A stretch of DNA of 64,000 nt from an uncultured bacterium (GCA_964410905.1 CAYPIR010000001.1:21861-85860); one strand, 5' to 3'; positions 52,849 to 63,535 are shown, counted from the stretch's first letter. Program-made: numbers and translations. Notes: generated by a model from the sequence alone, not told the origin.

Positions 52849-53514
52849 CTATCGCTTCAATTCAATCAGACTTAAAAACTCGCTCCGCGAACGCGCGTCT
52901 TTTCTAAACGCCCCAAGCATTGCGCTTGTTACGGTGTAAGCACCCGCTTTGCGAACGCCTCTCATTGCCATACAAAGATGAAGCGCCTCAATAACAACCG
53001 CCACGCCTTCCGGATTTAATTCTTCCATCAAACATTCGGCAATTTGCGTTGTAAGCCTCTCTTGTACTTGAAGACGCTTAGCAAAAATTTCCACAATACG
53101 CGGTATTTTGCTAAGTCCTACAATTTTTCCATTTGGCATATAAGCGATATGCGCTTTACCATAAAATGGCAGCAGATGATGTTCGCAAAGCGAAAAAATC
53201 TCAATATCTTTAACAATAACCATTTCATCATACGGTTCTTTAAAAATCGCTCCACTCAGAACCTCTTTTGGATTTTGTTTATAGCCTTGTGTCAAATACC
53301 GAAGAGACTTCGCCACTCGCTCCGGGGTTTTTAGCAGCCCTTCTCGCTTAGGATTTTCGCCCAAAAGTTCCAGCATATTTTTTACCACATTTTCAAAAAT
53401 TCCATCCGGAGTTTTTGATAATCTCTCTTGTTTCGAGGCGTTGCTCAAAGATTTCCGCGCATTTTTTAAGGCATTCCCCGTAGCTTTATCATACATAATC
53501 ATTTTCTTTTTCAT
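52849..53514 (-). CDS. folE: GTP cyclohydrolase I
   Basis: CEHHLLPF motif and a C-terminal catalytic region. Confidence 0.9.
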   Translation of the reverse strand: MKKKMIMYDKATGNALKNARKSLSNASKQERLSKTPDGIFENVVKNMLELLGENPKREGLLKTPERVAKSLRYLTQGYKQNPKEVLSGAIFKEPYDEMVIVKDIEIFSLCEHHLLPFYGKAHIAYMPNGKIVGLSKIPRIVEIFAKRLQVQERLTTQIAECLMEELNPEGVAVVIEALHLCMAMRGVRKAGAYTVTSAMLGAFRKDARSRSEFLSLIELKR

Positions 53515-54398
53515 AAAATTTTCCTATCCCCAGTCTCCGTAAGAGTTTTTTTAAAAACTTTCGCGATAAAAACTAAAATGAGCATTAAAAAAATCCAGCC
53601 TACCACGCCGTCATAGACTTTCTTGGTCGCCCAGAAAAAAACATTATCGTTTGAAAATCTCATAAAAAGTCCCGCGCTCTTAATAAAGAAAACACAGCCG
53701 GCATGCAAGCCTATGGATGTCCAAAGAGAACGGGAGCGGGTAAGCGCGAAATTAAGCGCGAGACCAAACAAAAAAAGTCCGACAAAAGCAGGCCAAACGG
53801 ATTGCCATTCGGCAAATGATTGTATCGGCGCGAGAACTAATTTCAAACTATCAGCAATTCCGGGCGACGTGGAAATTTCCGGCTTTTTCACGCTGACAAA
53901 ATGAAGCGAAGAATAAAAAAGACTTGTCGCAATCATCGCGAGCGCGGTGCCGCCTCTAAATAATTTATCCCGAAGTCCCGTGAACACAAACCCGCGAAAA
54001 AAAAACTCCTCTATTGTTCCAATCAAAACCGCGGCCAAGAAACAGCCGACAAGTTTTCTAGCCCATTCCAAATACGGCAAATCGCGTAAAGCAATTTGAG
54101 AATTTACTCCCAGCAAGGACACGGCAGAAAAAATCAAGAGCGTTACAATCGCTATCCCAAAGCCTTTTAAAAAAAATACTAGACTTTGTTTTTGCCAATC
54201 CATTTTATAAGCGGCAAATGTTTCTTTTTTTATCTTCACAAACAAAGCAACCGCGACGAGCGTCAAAATCATAACGACTCGATTAAAAATCCTTCCGAAC
54301 TTAAACGATGGCATCAAGTCGTAAAGGATGGGCGTCAGCACAACGCTTAGGACAAGTATAGAAAGGAAAATTGCCAGAAACTTAAAAACCGATTTCAT
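53511..54398 (-). CDS. CPBP-family (CAAX) intramembrane metalloprotease
   Basis: [10 protein letters not shown] (motif 1) and …SSLHF (motif 2). Confidence 0.8.
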   Translation of the reverse strand: MKSVFKFLAIFLSILVLSVVLTPILYDLMPSFKFGRIFNRVVMILTLVAVALFVKIKKETFAAYKMDWQKQSLVFFLKGFGIAIVTLLIFSAVSLLGVNSQIALRDLPYLEWARKLVGCFLAAVLIGTIEEFFFRGFVFTGLRDKLFRGGTALAMIATSLFYSSLHFVSVKKPEISTSPGIADSLKLVLAPIQSFAEWQSVWPAFVGLFLFGLALNFALTRSRSLWTSIGLHAGCVFFIKSAGLFMRFSNDNVFFWATKKVYDGVVGWIFLMLILVFIAKVFKKTLTETGDRKIL

Positions 54399-54413
54399 AG
54401 TCCGCCTTTTTTT

Positions 54414-54869
54414 CTACATTCTTAATTCCAAAGTCATTTCGATCTCAACGGCAGCATTCATAGGAAGGCTCGCGACTCCGACAGCCGAACGCGCGTGCGT
54501 TCCCGCCTCGCCGAATATTTTAACAAGCAGCTCTGACGCGCCATTAACGACTTCAGGAATTTCATAAAAATTCGGCGCGGCTTGAACAAAACCTGTCAAA
54601 TTAACAACCCGCACTATTTGGTCAAATCCAATTTCTTTCATAATAGAAACTGAGTTTAAAACCGCGGCTTTAGCGGCAAGCTGTCCCTCTTCAAGCGTCA
54701 GAGTATCGCCGACTTTCCCGGTCAAAATTTTGCCCGTGGAATCCTTAGAAATTTGCCCGCTGATGAACGCGCGATTCCTGGAAATCACAACGGGTTTATA
54801 AACTCCGACAGGTTGAGGAGCCGGCGGAAGAGATATTCCCAATTCACTCAATTTTTCTTCTATGGACAT
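54414..54869 (-). CDS. RidA/YjgF-family protein
   Basis: 151 aa with the chorismate-mutase-like fold pattern. Confidence 0.8.
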   Translation of the reverse strand: MSIEEKLSELGISLPPAPQPVGVYKPVVISRNRAFISGQISKDSTGKILTGKVGDTLTLEEGQLAAKAAVLNSVSIMKEIGFDQIVRVVNLTGFVQAAPNFYEIPEVVNGASELLVKIFGEAGTHARSAVGVASLPMNAAVEIEMTLELRM

Positions 54870-54883
54870 AAACCACCTCTTTG

Positions 54884-55582
54884 TTATTTTTTAGAAATAT
54901 TTGTTATTATAAGTGTAGCGGCGCCAAAACAAAAACGTTTCATTAGCGTAAACTCAAACCCTTCTTTTTCCATTTCCGCAACAATTTCGTTTGGTGTTTT
55001 AAAATCCCGAACCGATTCAGAAAGAAACCGATATGCTTTCCAATCGCCTGAAACAATCCCGCCAATCAACGGTAAAAAAATCCAAAGATAAGGATAGAAA
55101 AATATTTTAGCAAAAAAATTTGTCGGCCGCGTCAGCTCCAAAAACGCGACTTTCCCGTTATGTTTCAAAACCCGTTTTATGTTTTTTAAAAAAACAGAAA
55201 AGGATTGGACGCTTCTCAGCGTAAAAGCGGACACCACCAAATCAAAACTTCCGTCCACAAACGGCAAAGCCTCAAAATCGCCTTTGAGCCAAATAGTATT
55301 TTGCGAGATTCGTTCTCTAGCGGCTTCAAGCATTTTTTTAGAAAAATCCAATCCCACAGAAATTTCCCATGTTTTACTTTTGATAAAACATTCCAAAAAC
55401 TTTCCTGTCCCGCAGCCCAAATCCAAAATGGCCTTGGGTTCAACATCAAAAGTTTTTAAAATTATTTTCGAGGATTTTGCCCTCCAGCCGTCAGACATTC
55501 CAAAACTCAAAATGTTGTTAATCGCATCATAGTAAGGCGTTATAGAATCAAAAGATTTTTGAATAAATTCTTTATCAGCCAT
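54884..55582 (-). CDS. ubiE: class I SAM-dependent methyltransferase, UbiE/MenG-like (demethylmenaquinone methyltransferase candidate)
   Basis: N-terminus has YDAIN and LDLGCGTGKF motifs. Confidence 0.75.
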   Translation of the reverse strand: MADKEFIQKSFDSITPYYDAINNILSFGMSDGWRAKSSKIILKTFDVEPKAILDLGCGTGKFLECFIKSKTWEISVGLDFSKKMLEAARERISQNTIWLKGDFEALPFVDGSFDLVVSAFTLRSVQSFSVFLKNIKRVLKHNGKVAFLELTRPTNFFAKIFFYPYLWIFLPLIGGIVSGDWKAYRFLSESVRDFKTPNEIVAEMEKEGFEFTLMKRFCFGAATLIITNISKK

Positions 55583-55596
55583 ACACAGCCTCCTTT

Positions 55597-56670
55597 TTAT
55601 TTAAAAACACTCAAAACTTCATACTCCGTATTTCTTTGAACCGGTATAAAACCAGCGTTTTTAATAAGCCGTGTTAAATCTTCCTTGCGTGTCAAAATTT
55701 TTATCCCAGTCGATTCTAAAACTTTATCTTCCAAGAGAGTTCCGCCCATATCGTCCGCGCCGAACATCAAAGCAATTTGCGCCAGCTTCAGCCCTTCTGT
55801 AAGCCAGCCTGCCTGAATGTGCTCAAAATTATCCAGCATAAGCCTAGAAATTGCTACAGTCTTTAGATAATCATCTCCTCCCGCTTGTGATAAATGACTT
55901 AATGCCGGCGTCCCTCGCGGCGAAAAACTCCAAGGAATAAACGACCGAAAGCCCTTTGTTTCATTTTGAAGTGCTCTTAACCTTAAGAGATGTTCAACGC
56001 GTTCCGCCTTTGTTTCAATATGACCAAACATCATTGTCGCGGTTGTTTTAAAACCAACCTCGTGCGCTTCCCGCATTACTTCAAGCCATTTTTCAGTTGA
56101 AATTTTTTTTGGACTAATTATTTTACGAACCCGCTCAACCAAAATTTCCGCTCCGCCTCCCGGCAGTGAACTGAGCCCTGCTTCTTTAAACTTCAGCAGT
56201 ATATCGCGGAGAGACATTTTGTTTTTTTTTGCCAACATTTCCATTTCTATCGCGGAAAAAGAATGTATGGCAATTTGCGGAAATTTTTTATGAATAGCGT
56301 TCGTGATTTCTAAAAAATAATTCAAATCTAAATCAGGATTAATTCCTCCTTGTATCAACACCTGCGTCCCGCCCAAACGGACAAGTTCTTCCACTTTTGT
56401 CAAAATCGCCTCGCAAGACAAAACAAACTTTTTTGAGCTTTTAGGTTTGCAATAAAACGCGCAAAATCCACATTCAATCACACAAACATTTGTATAACTT
56501 ACGTTGCGGTCGACAACAAAACTAACCGCGTGGGGCAAAAGACGCGGCGTTAATTTTAAGGCTGCTTGTCCCAGCTCAAGTAAATTGGCATCATAAAGCG
56601 CGACTCCGTCTTCTAACGATAGCCTTTCGCCCGCGAGCCTTTTTTGCAAAATAGGTTCAATGTTTGCCAT
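55597..56670 (-). CDS. radical-SAM futalosine-pathway enzyme (MqnC/MqnE family)
   Basis: CVIECGFC cysteine cluster. 357 aa, CofH/MqnC/MqnE-like. Confidence 0.75.
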   Translation of the reverse strand: MANIEPILQKRLAGERLSLEDGVALYDANLLELGQAALKLTPRLLPHAVSFVVDRNVSYTNVCVIECGFCAFYCKPKSSKKFVLSCEAILTKVEELVRLGGTQVLIQGGINPDLDLNYFLEITNAIHKKFPQIAIHSFSAIEMEMLAKKNKMSLRDILLKFKEAGLSSLPGGGAEILVERVRKIISPKKISTEKWLEVMREAHEVGFKTTATMMFGHIETKAERVEHLLRLRALQNETKGFRSFIPWSFSPRGTPALSHLSQAGGDDYLKTVAISRLMLDNFEHIQAGWLTEGLKLAQIALMFGADDMGGTLLEDKVLESTGIKILTRKEDLTRLIKNAGFIPVQRNTEYEVLSVFK

Positions 56671-56672
56671 AA

Positions 56673-57521
56673 TTAATTAAAAAATTCTATTTCGCTGAGT
56701 TCGTTACGAACAAGTCCGTCTTCATAAGCAAGGTTAAAAAAACGCGTAAGCCCTTGTTGCATTTCATTATCAAGGCTATATTCAAGTCCGTCAAAATATC
56801 CAATCAATTGGCAAAACCTAGCATCTCCCAGATCGATTTTCATAGAATCAAAAATCATTTTTTCCAAATCCGCCAAATTGCATTTCGTGTTTTCTCGCAG
56901 CGCGTGGCAAAATTCATGAAGCTCGTCGGGATTATTCTTAGCAAAATCTTTGCGAGCAACCCAAAGAGAAAAAACAAACGGAAGGTTTGTTAAATTTCGC
57001 CACAGTCTAGCTAAATCATATTTATAAATAAGCGTTTTGGGCTGACAAAAAAGAGCCTCATCGCCAATCACAACCGCCGCAATATGTTTTTTAAATATTT
57101 CTCCCAAGTTTTGCGCTACGGTTTCAAATGAATTTTTAAAACCAAACGAATGTTTCAAAATAATTTTTATTAACGATATTGAACTGTAGCTTTCTTTTGA
57201 AAGCGCTATCGTTCCCCCGTTCAATTCCTCTATTTTTTTTCGAGATAAAAGCAAAACGCTGCGCGCAAAAGCTTGCGCTCCAATACAAATGTCGGGCAAA
57301 AGTAAATATTCATTTTGATGTCTTAAGTACTCAAGTGAGGATACGGGGCCTAACGCAATACGCCCTTCACGCAGCGCGGAATTTATATTGGCGGGATAAT
57401 CTTCCAAAAACTCTATATCTTTTAAGCCGCGATTTTTAAGTCTTTCTTCCAGCCCAAAATAAAACGGCAGACAATTGAGATAAGAGATTTTTCCTATTTT
57501 CATTTCGCGTTTCCGACCCAA
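56673..57521 (-). CDS. mqnA: MqnA/MqnD-family menaquinone biosynthesis protein (chorismate dehydratase-like)
   Basis: N-terminus MKIGKISYLNCLPF is typical of MqnA. Confidence 0.7.
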   Translation of the reverse strand: MGRKREMKIGKISYLNCLPFYFGLEERLKNRGLKDIEFLEDYPANINSALREGRIALGPVSSLEYLRHQNEYLLLPDICIGAQAFARSVLLLSRKKIEELNGGTIALSKESYSSISLIKIILKHSFGFKNSFETVAQNLGEIFKKHIAAVVIGDEALFCQPKTLIYKYDLARLWRNLTNLPFVFSLWVARKDFAKNNPDELHEFCHALRENTKCNLADLEKMIFDSMKIDLGDARFCQLIGYFDGLEYSLDNEMQQGLTRFFNLAYEDGLVRNELSEIEFFN

Positions 57522-58069
57522 CGCGGAAAAAGCATATGCGTCAAATCCATTTGATCTAAAACTTTTCCAACTACAAAATCGATCAAGTCTCGCACCGTAT
57601 TTCGCGCGGAATAAAACGCCGGCATCGGAGGAACAATCCGCACTCCAAGCCGCGAAAGTTTCAGCATATTTTCTAGGTGTATGGCCGAAAGCGGCGTCTC
57701 GCGAGGAACAAGTATCAATTTACGCCCTTCTTTAATCGTGCAGTCAGCGGCTCTGTGAATAAGGTTTTGGCTAAGCCCCGCGGCAATCGCGCCGAGCGTT
57801 CCCATACTGCACGGAATAATCACCATTCCCGCAGTTGGATACGAGCCGCTTGCAATTGATGCCGTAAAATCATAAAAATTGTAAACGCGTATAGATTTTG
57901 AATTTTCAAGAAAAGCGAAATTCCCATTTGATTCTTCAGCGATAACTTTTTTTGCCGTGTCAGAAATAACAAGTTCTACGGGGATATTCCTCTCTCCCAA
58001 AACTTCCAAAAGCCTTTCGGCATAAACCGCTCCGCTTGCTCCTGTAACAGCTACAACATAAGGTTTCAT
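57500..58069 (-). CDS. ubiX: UbiX-family flavin prenyltransferase
   Basis: 189-aa flavoprotein pattern (VAVTGASGAVYA). Confidence 0.85.
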   Translation of the reverse strand: MKPYVVAVTGASGAVYAERLLEVLGERNIPVELVISDTAKKVIAEESNGNFAFLENSKSIRVYNFYDFTASIASGSYPTAGMVIIPCSMGTLGAIAAGLSQNLIHRAADCTIKEGRKLILVPRETPLSAIHLENMLKLSRLGVRIVPPMPAFYSARNTVRDLIDFVVGKVLDQMDLTHMLFPRWVGNAK

Positions 58070-58117
58070 AATTTTGTCCTTTTAAATAATTTCCAAACCT
58101 CCGATAAAACCTTTTTT

Positions 58118-58981
58118 TTAAAACACCTCGTCGCAGAAAACCGCGATAAAAAATAAAACGCTCACCACCGCGTTCATAGTAAAAAATGCTTCGTTAATTT
58201 TTACTTCGCTAAAAGACCGCGTAAGACTATGTTCGCGAATTAAAAACCCGCTTATGACAAAAATGCCTGCGAAATAAAAAATTCCGCTATGGGCAAAAAA
58301 ACCAGCCGAAATCCAAAAAAGCACCGCAGCAATATGCAAAATCCGCGAAATAGTTAAAGTAACCTCTCTGCCCCATTTGGCAGGAAACGAAAAAAGATTG
58401 TTCGCGTGATCAAATTCTATATCCTGCAAAGCGTAAATCATATCAAATCCCGCTACCCAAAAAGTTACACCCAAGGTTAAAAACAAAGGCGGGAAATCAT
58501 ATGTTCCACGGCTCGCTATCCAAGCGCCATACGGAGCGATGCCAAGAATTAAACCCAATATGAAATGCGAAAAATAGGTTACTCGTTTTGCGTATGGATA
58601 GACCCAAGTCAAAATGACTGGGATTGGAGAAAGAAAAACACAAAGTGCTCCAAGTTTAACCGCGCTGTATTCAAAAATAATAAATGAGGCGACAATCGCT
58701 ATTAAAACATTTCGCGCGCTTAACTGCTTTTGCGGAAGCGCCCTGCCGCAAGTTCTAGGATTTTTCGCGTCTATATTTCTATCAACAAAACGGTTGATTG
58801 CCATCGCCATTGTTCTAAAGTTCACCATCGCCAAAGTTATCCACAAAAAAATGGAAGCGCGAGGCAACCCGCCTTCGGCAAGAATCAATCCTGAATAAGC
58901 AAACGGGAGTGCGAAAATTGAATGCTCAAGTTTAATGTCTTTTGAGAAAACCAAGAGTTTTTTAAGAAAAGTTTTAATCAA
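58118..58981 (-). CDS. UbiA-family prenyltransferase (MqnP-like candidate)
   Basis: Polytopic protein with the Asp-rich motifs of the UbiA family. Confidence 0.8.
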   Translation of the reverse strand: MIKTFLKKLLVFSKDIKLEHSIFALPFAYSGLILAEGGLPRASIFLWITLAMVNFRTMAMAINRFVDRNIDAKNPRTCGRALPQKQLSARNVLIAIVASFIIFEYSAVKLGALCVFLSPIPVILTWVYPYAKRVTYFSHFILGLILGIAPYGAWIASRGTYDFPPLFLTLGVTFWVAGFDMIYALQDIEFDHANNLFSFPAKWGREVTLTISRILHIAAVLFWISAGFFAHSGIFYFAGIFVISGFLIREHSLTRSFSEVKINEAFFTMNAVVSVLFFIAVFCDEVF

Positions 58982-60428
58982 TCCCGTATTCTGCCCATCT
59001 GTCCGTTACAAGTTTTTTTATTTCCTCACTCATTATTATATCGTCAGGCCAAGGGCGGTTCATTCCCTCTTCTTTTGTTTTGCGAGTAGCGTCTATCCCA
59101 ATTTTTGAACCTCTTAAATTGTCTGGCGAGCTGTGGTCAAGTTCATCAAGCGGACCTTCAGAAAAAACAAAATCTCGTTTCGGATCTATATTATTTAGTA
59201 CTCGCCACGCAACTTCGCTTGTATTTTGGATATCCGCGTCGTTGTCCAAAACTATAATCATTTTAGAAAACATCATTTGTCCCAGCCCCCAGAGAGCGTG
59301 AATGATTTTTCGTCCTTGCGCGGGATATGTTTTCTTTATTTTGACTATCAAACAATTGTGAAAATTTCCCTCCCACGGCATCGCAATGTCCAATATTTCC
59401 GGGAACTGTTTTTGAATAAGCGGCAGAAAAATTCTTTCTATCGCTTTTCCCATAAAACAATCTTCCATAGGCGGACGGCCTACAACAGTCGTTGCGTAAA
59501 TAGGCTTTTTGCGATGAGTCATACAAGTTATGTGAAAAACAGGAAAATCTTTTGCCTGCGAATAAAATCCTGTGTGATCGCCAAAAGGACCTTCAAGACG
59601 ACTTTCTCCCGCTTCAACATATCCTTCTAAAATTATCTCGGCTTCCGAAGGGATTTCCAAATCAATGGTTTTGCATCGAGCAAGTTCGACTGAACTCCGC
59701 CGCAAAAATCCCGCCAACATCAATTCATCAATCCCTGACGGCAGCGGACACACCGCAGAAAACATAAGCGCGGGATCAGCGCCAATCGCGACCGCTACAG
59801 GCAATTTCCCGCCGCCCGTCTCGCTTAATTTTCTAAAATGCTCAGAACCATCTTTATGAATATGCCAATGCATTCCAGTTGTTTGATTGTCATAGACTTG
59901 CATCCGATACATCCCAAGATTGCGAACGCCGGTTTGCGGGTCTTTGGTGATAACAATTGGAAGAGTGATAAATTTGCCGCCGTCTTTCGGCCAACATTTC
60001 AAAATCGGAATCGTGTCAAGAATCGCTCCCTCTCCTGCCCTAACAACAACTTCTTGACAAGGCGCATTTCGGACAATCTTGGGGATAATGTTTTTTAGCT
60101 CAAATGCTTTTGGAACAAGCGATAGACCTTGTGTAATATTTTGCGGCGGTTTTAAATCCAGAAACGATTTTATGCGCGCGGCAATTTCGTCTATGTTTTT
60201 CACGTCAAGCGCCATTGCCATCCGCTTGTAGGAACCATATAAATTGATAGCCACTGGAAACGCAGAGCCTTGTATATTTTTAAAAAGAAGCGCGGAGCCA
60301 TTCTGCTTCACAACTCGGTCATATATCTCCGTAATCTCAAGTTCCGGATTAACTGACGCATCAATTTCCCGCAACTCTCCAGAGTCTTTTAAGACTTTAA
60401 TAAATTCAGATAGGTTTTTAAAGTTCAT
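58974..60428 (-). CDS. UbiD-family decarboxylase
   Basis: 484 aa with the UbiD pattern. Confidence 0.85.
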   Translation of the reverse strand: MNFKNLSEFIKVLKDSGELREIDASVNPELEITEIYDRVVKQNGSALLFKNIQGSAFPVAINLYGSYKRMAMALDVKNIDEIAARIKSFLDLKPPQNITQGLSLVPKAFELKNIIPKIVRNAPCQEVVVRAGEGAILDTIPILKCWPKDGGKFITLPIVITKDPQTGVRNLGMYRMQVYDNQTTGMHWHIHKDGSEHFRKLSETGGGKLPVAVAIGADPALMFSAVCPLPSGIDELMLAGFLRRSSVELARCKTIDLEIPSEAEIILEGYVEAGESRLEGPFGDHTGFYSQAKDFPVFHITCMTHRKKPIYATTVVGRPPMEDCFMGKAIERIFLPLIQKQFPEILDIAMPWEGNFHNCLIVKIKKTYPAQGRKIIHALWGLGQMMFSKMIIVLDNDADIQNTSEVAWRVLNNIDPKRDFVFSEGPLDELDHSSPDNLRGSKIGIDATRKTKEEGMNRPWPDDIIMSEEIKKLVTDRWAEYGID

Positions 60429-60718
60429 CTATTAAATTCCTTTTACATCTTCGTCACGCAACCGTAGGACTTACATAAAAAACAACCTTATTTCCAAAGC
60501 TTCGCAATGTTGTTTTTTGTTTAATCTTAGATTAGCATCTTTATAGAAAAAACATAAGAAAAATTCATCGTCGTTAACAAGCAACGCCATCTGAGAATCA
60601 ATTGAGCTTTGGTAACTACGATAAATTTTTGTTTAATTTAGACAATACAAATTGCCTCGGTTTAATTCGCGCGGAATTGCTTTTCCAAACAAATTTACTA
60701 CAGAAAATCATAAAACGG

Positions 60719-61639
60719 TTAGGATTGTGATTCAAGAAAACGCAGAAGTTCTTGCATATCAAGAGGTAAGTCGCTTTTGAGGGCTATCCATTTTTTAGTA
60801 TGCGGTTGTTCAAAACCAATAGAGAGCGCGTGAAGGGCTTGTCTTTTGATAGCCGGAAACGGAATGCCATAAAGAGTGTCCCCAAGCACCGGATGCCCCA
60901 TATGAGCAAAATGAACGCGGATTTGATGAGTCCGTCCCGTTTGAGGGCGAATTTCAACCCAAGTCGCGTTTTTATATCGTTTAAGAACTTTAAAAAAAGT
61001 TAACGCCTCTTTGCCGCCCGTCGGTCTAACAATAATTTTTTTTCTATTTAAAAACGCTCTGCCGACAGGCTCATTGCAATATCCCTCATCGTGCTGCACG
61101 ACTCCTTGGACAATCGCGTTATACACACGATCTACTGAATGCTCTTTAAATTGCTCAGCAAGCTTAGCGTGCGCAAAATCGTTTTTCGCCACAACCAAAA
61201 GCCCCGACGTATCCTTATCCAAACGGTGAACAATTCCAGGTCTAATCGCATCACTCCCACCTTTTAAATTTTTCACATGGAAAAGAACAGCGTTTACAAG
61301 CGTATGATCAGGATTTCCATTAGCAGGATGAACCACCATTCCAGAAGGTTTGTTTACAACAAGGCAATCCTCATCCTCATAAACAATTTCAAGCGGAATT
61401 TCTTCGGCGAGAAGCGATTTCGTAATAATTTCTCTGTCCGCAACAATGACGGCCTCGCCCTCTTTTACCAAATAATGAGAGCTTGCGACATTGCCATTTA
61501 CCGAAACATCTCCATTTTTAATCATCTTTTGCAAATGGGCTCTTGAATGCTTATCAGCCATTTTTTGCGCTAAAAAAACATCAAGCCTTCTATCCGCGTC
61601 CATTGCCTCGACTAGAAACTCAAAACTTTTTGCTGCCAT
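60719..61639 (-). CDS. rluD: RluA-family 23S rRNA pseudouridine synthase (RluD-like) with S4 domain
   Basis: S4 domain followed by the HRLDKDTSG catalytic motif. Start trimmed to MAAKS. Confidence 0.85.
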   Translation of the reverse strand: MAAKSFEFLVEAMDADRRLDVFLAQKMADKHSRAHLQKMIKNGDVSVNGNVASSHYLVKEGEAVIVADREIITKSLLAEEIPLEIVYEDEDCLVVNKPSGMVVHPANGNPDHTLVNAVLFHVKNLKGGSDAIRPGIVHRLDKDTSGLLVVAKNDFAHAKLAEQFKEHSVDRVYNAIVQGVVQHDEGYCNEPVGRAFLNRKKIIVRPTGGKEALTFFKVLKRYKNATWVEIRPQTGRTHQIRVHFAHMGHPVLGDTLYGIPFPAIKRQALHALSIGFEQPHTKKWIALKSDLPLDMQELLRFLESQS

Positions 61640-61640
61640 A

Positions 61641-62378
61641 TCAGTTTCTTTTTGCCTTTCTAACTTTAAAGAACACAAACGCGATTAAGATAATGCCCGC
61701 GCTGATAAGTTGATTTGCCGTAAGTCCTTGCCAAGTCCAAGATGATTCGCGTAAAAATTCAACTAAGTAGCGGCCAAGCGCGTAAAGCATGAAATAAAGA
61801 AGTCCAATTTCGCCTGAAAAATGCTTGCGTTTTGCCCGTAACCGCAAGAAAAAGAAAAGCCCTACATTAAAAGCGGCTTCGTAAATTTGAGTGGGGTGAA
61901 CTTTGTACTCAAGAGCAGGAAACTGCACGGCAAATGGCAAATCACTCGGTTTTCCGTAGCAGCAGCCATTTAAAAAACAACCCATTCTGCCAAACACATG
62001 TGAAAGCGCGACATATGGCGTCAGAAAATCAAGACTTTGCCAAACTCCCCAGCCGTGATTCCTTGTCCAGTAGATGAAACTTACAAAACCTGATATTGCT
62101 CCTCCATAAAAAACAAGTCCGCCTTGCCAAACTTTTATAATGTCTAATGGATTGGCCCCGTAATAAGAAAAATTCTGGAAAACATAAAAAAGTCTCGCGC
62201 CGATAATCCCCCACATCACGACAAAAAAAACCATATCTAAAATTTGGGCGACGGGCGGGAAACCGTCTTTTTTTGCTTGGCGATGCATCAAAAACAAAGA
62301 GACAAGAATGCCGATAGCGATACAAAGTCCATAAGAAAAAACATGAAAATCACCAAATGAAATTACAACGGGATGCAT
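61641..62378 (-). CDS. lgt: prolipoprotein diacylglyceryl transferase
   Basis: Lgt signature region (…GGLVFYGG…). Confidence 0.9.
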   Translation of the reverse strand: MHPVVISFGDFHVFSYGLCIAIGILVSLFLMHRQAKKDGFPPVAQILDMVFFVVMWGIIGARLFYVFQNFSYYGANPLDIIKVWQGGLVFYGGAISGFVSFIYWTRNHGWGVWQSLDFLTPYVALSHVFGRMGCFLNGCCYGKPSDLPFAVQFPALEYKVHPTQIYEAAFNVGLFFFLRLRAKRKHFSGEIGLLYFMLYALGRYLVEFLRESSWTWQGLTANQLISAGIILIAFVFFKVRKAKRN

Positions 62379-62830
62379 CAGTTCCCCTTTCGTTTAAAAG
62401 CATAAATAAAGTACAGCCCGACACCCACGGAAATAGCGATGTCCGCGACATTAAAAACAGGCCAAACTTTAAAATCGATAAAGTCCACAACCGCGGAGAA
62501 TCTTAGGCGATCAATCCAGTTCCCTATCGCCCCGGCAATAATAAGCGAATACGCGAACATATCGAGAGAGGAATTCTTTGAGGATTTCTTTTTGTTAAGA
62601 TAAAGCAAAAACATGAGAAGAAAAATAAGGCTAAGAGTAATCGCGCCAAAAAGGATTTCTTTATGCTCGCTAAAAAGTCCAAAGGCGACTCCTTTATTCA
62701 TAACGAGCGAAAAATCCAAAATTCGAGGAATTATTTGAACAGAACGCTCCAACGAAAGATTTTTAAGAGCGAAGAATTTTGTCGCTTGATCTAGCAGAAT
62801 AACTATTATGACTAGCAGGTAACAAAACAT
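62378..62830 (-). CDS. lspA: signal peptidase II
   Basis: 150 aa with four TM helices and conserved N/D residues. Confidence 0.85.
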   Translation of the reverse strand: MFCYLLVIIVILLDQATKFFALKNLSLERSVQIIPRILDFSLVMNKGVAFGLFSEHKEILFGAITLSLIFLLMFLLYLNKKKSSKNSSLDMFAYSLIIAGAIGNWIDRLRFSAVVDFIDFKVWPVFNVADIAISVGVGLYFIYAFKRKGN

Positions 62831-63444
62831 TAAAACCGGCGAATGTCTTTATCGATTTCTTCCTGCGCCTTTATAGAAAGCCGAGCGTAAGGGATTGCCA
62901 AAAGTCTTTTTTTAGGAATCGCTGTCCCATAGACTTCGCAAATGCCATATGTGTCGTCTTCTATTTTTTTCAAGGCCACGCTGATATCGTTTAAAAGCTG
63001 CTGCTGATTTGAAGCGATGCCGATGTTCAGTTCTCTGTCATAGTTGTCTGTAGCAAGGTCGGAAGGATCAGAAAGTTCCGCCGCGCTGCTCACGCCTTTT
63101 TTAACAAGCGCGTCTTCCTCCACCTGCTGAATATTACCGACAATCTTTTTTTGAATTTGAAGCAAAGTTTTCTTGAAGCTGTTTAGTTCACTCTTGAGAA
63201 ACGGAGATTTTTTAAGTTTCTTTTCAGTCTTAGCGATTGAAACTTTTTTTGCCGATTTGCTTTTCACCGCGGCTTTCTTAATAATTTTAACTTTCTTTTT
63301 AGAAGGCGTAACTTTTTTAATTGTTTTTATTTTTGATTTTTTAGGGCCAACTTTTTTTACCGTTTTTTTAGCAACTTTTTTTATCGCTTTTTTCACTGCT
63401 TTTTTCACTGCTTTTTTTATCTTGTTTTTTTTCGCTTTCGCCAT
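62830..63444 (-). CDS. DksA/TraR-family protein with N-terminal histone-H1-like Lys/Ala repeat domain
   Basis: The N-terminal ~75 aa are AKKAVKKAVKKAIKK repeats. The C-terminal ~110 aa have a DksA-like coiled coil and a degenerate zinc-finger region with only one Cys. Confidence 0.65.
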   Translation of the reverse strand: MAKAKKNKIKKAVKKAVKKAIKKVAKKTVKKVGPKKSKIKTIKKVTPSKKKVKIIKKAAVKSKSAKKVSIAKTEKKLKKSPFLKSELNSFKKTLLQIQKKIVGNIQQVEEDALVKKGVSSAAELSDPSDLATDNYDRELNIGIASNQQQLLNDISVALKKIEDDTYGICEVYGTAIPKKRLLAIPYARLSIKAQEEIDKDIRRF

Positions 63445-63496
63445 AACAAACCCTCTTTCTATACTGAATAACCGGGAAACGGCGCTCGGTTTTTAT

Positions 63497-63535
63497 TGAC
63501 AAAAAATGACTCTTTCCGCCTAAAAAACGCGCGCA
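63497..63535 (-). promoter_or_regulatory. candidate sigma-70 promoter (TTGCGC-17-TATAAT) for the DksA-like gene
   Basis: Reverse complement of 63530-63535 is TTGCGC; a 17-nt spacer precedes TATAAT (reverse complement of 63497-63502). Confidence 0.35.

Noticed and set aside
60429-60718. 290-bp AT-rich spacer between the UbiD-like gene and rluD, with a 10-bp A/T hairpin (AAAAAACAAC…GTTGTTTTTT)
   Set aside because: The stem is entirely A/T with a 22-nt loop, making it weak as a terminator. No ORF or recognisable RNA motif is present; it is probably just a promoter/terminator spacer.
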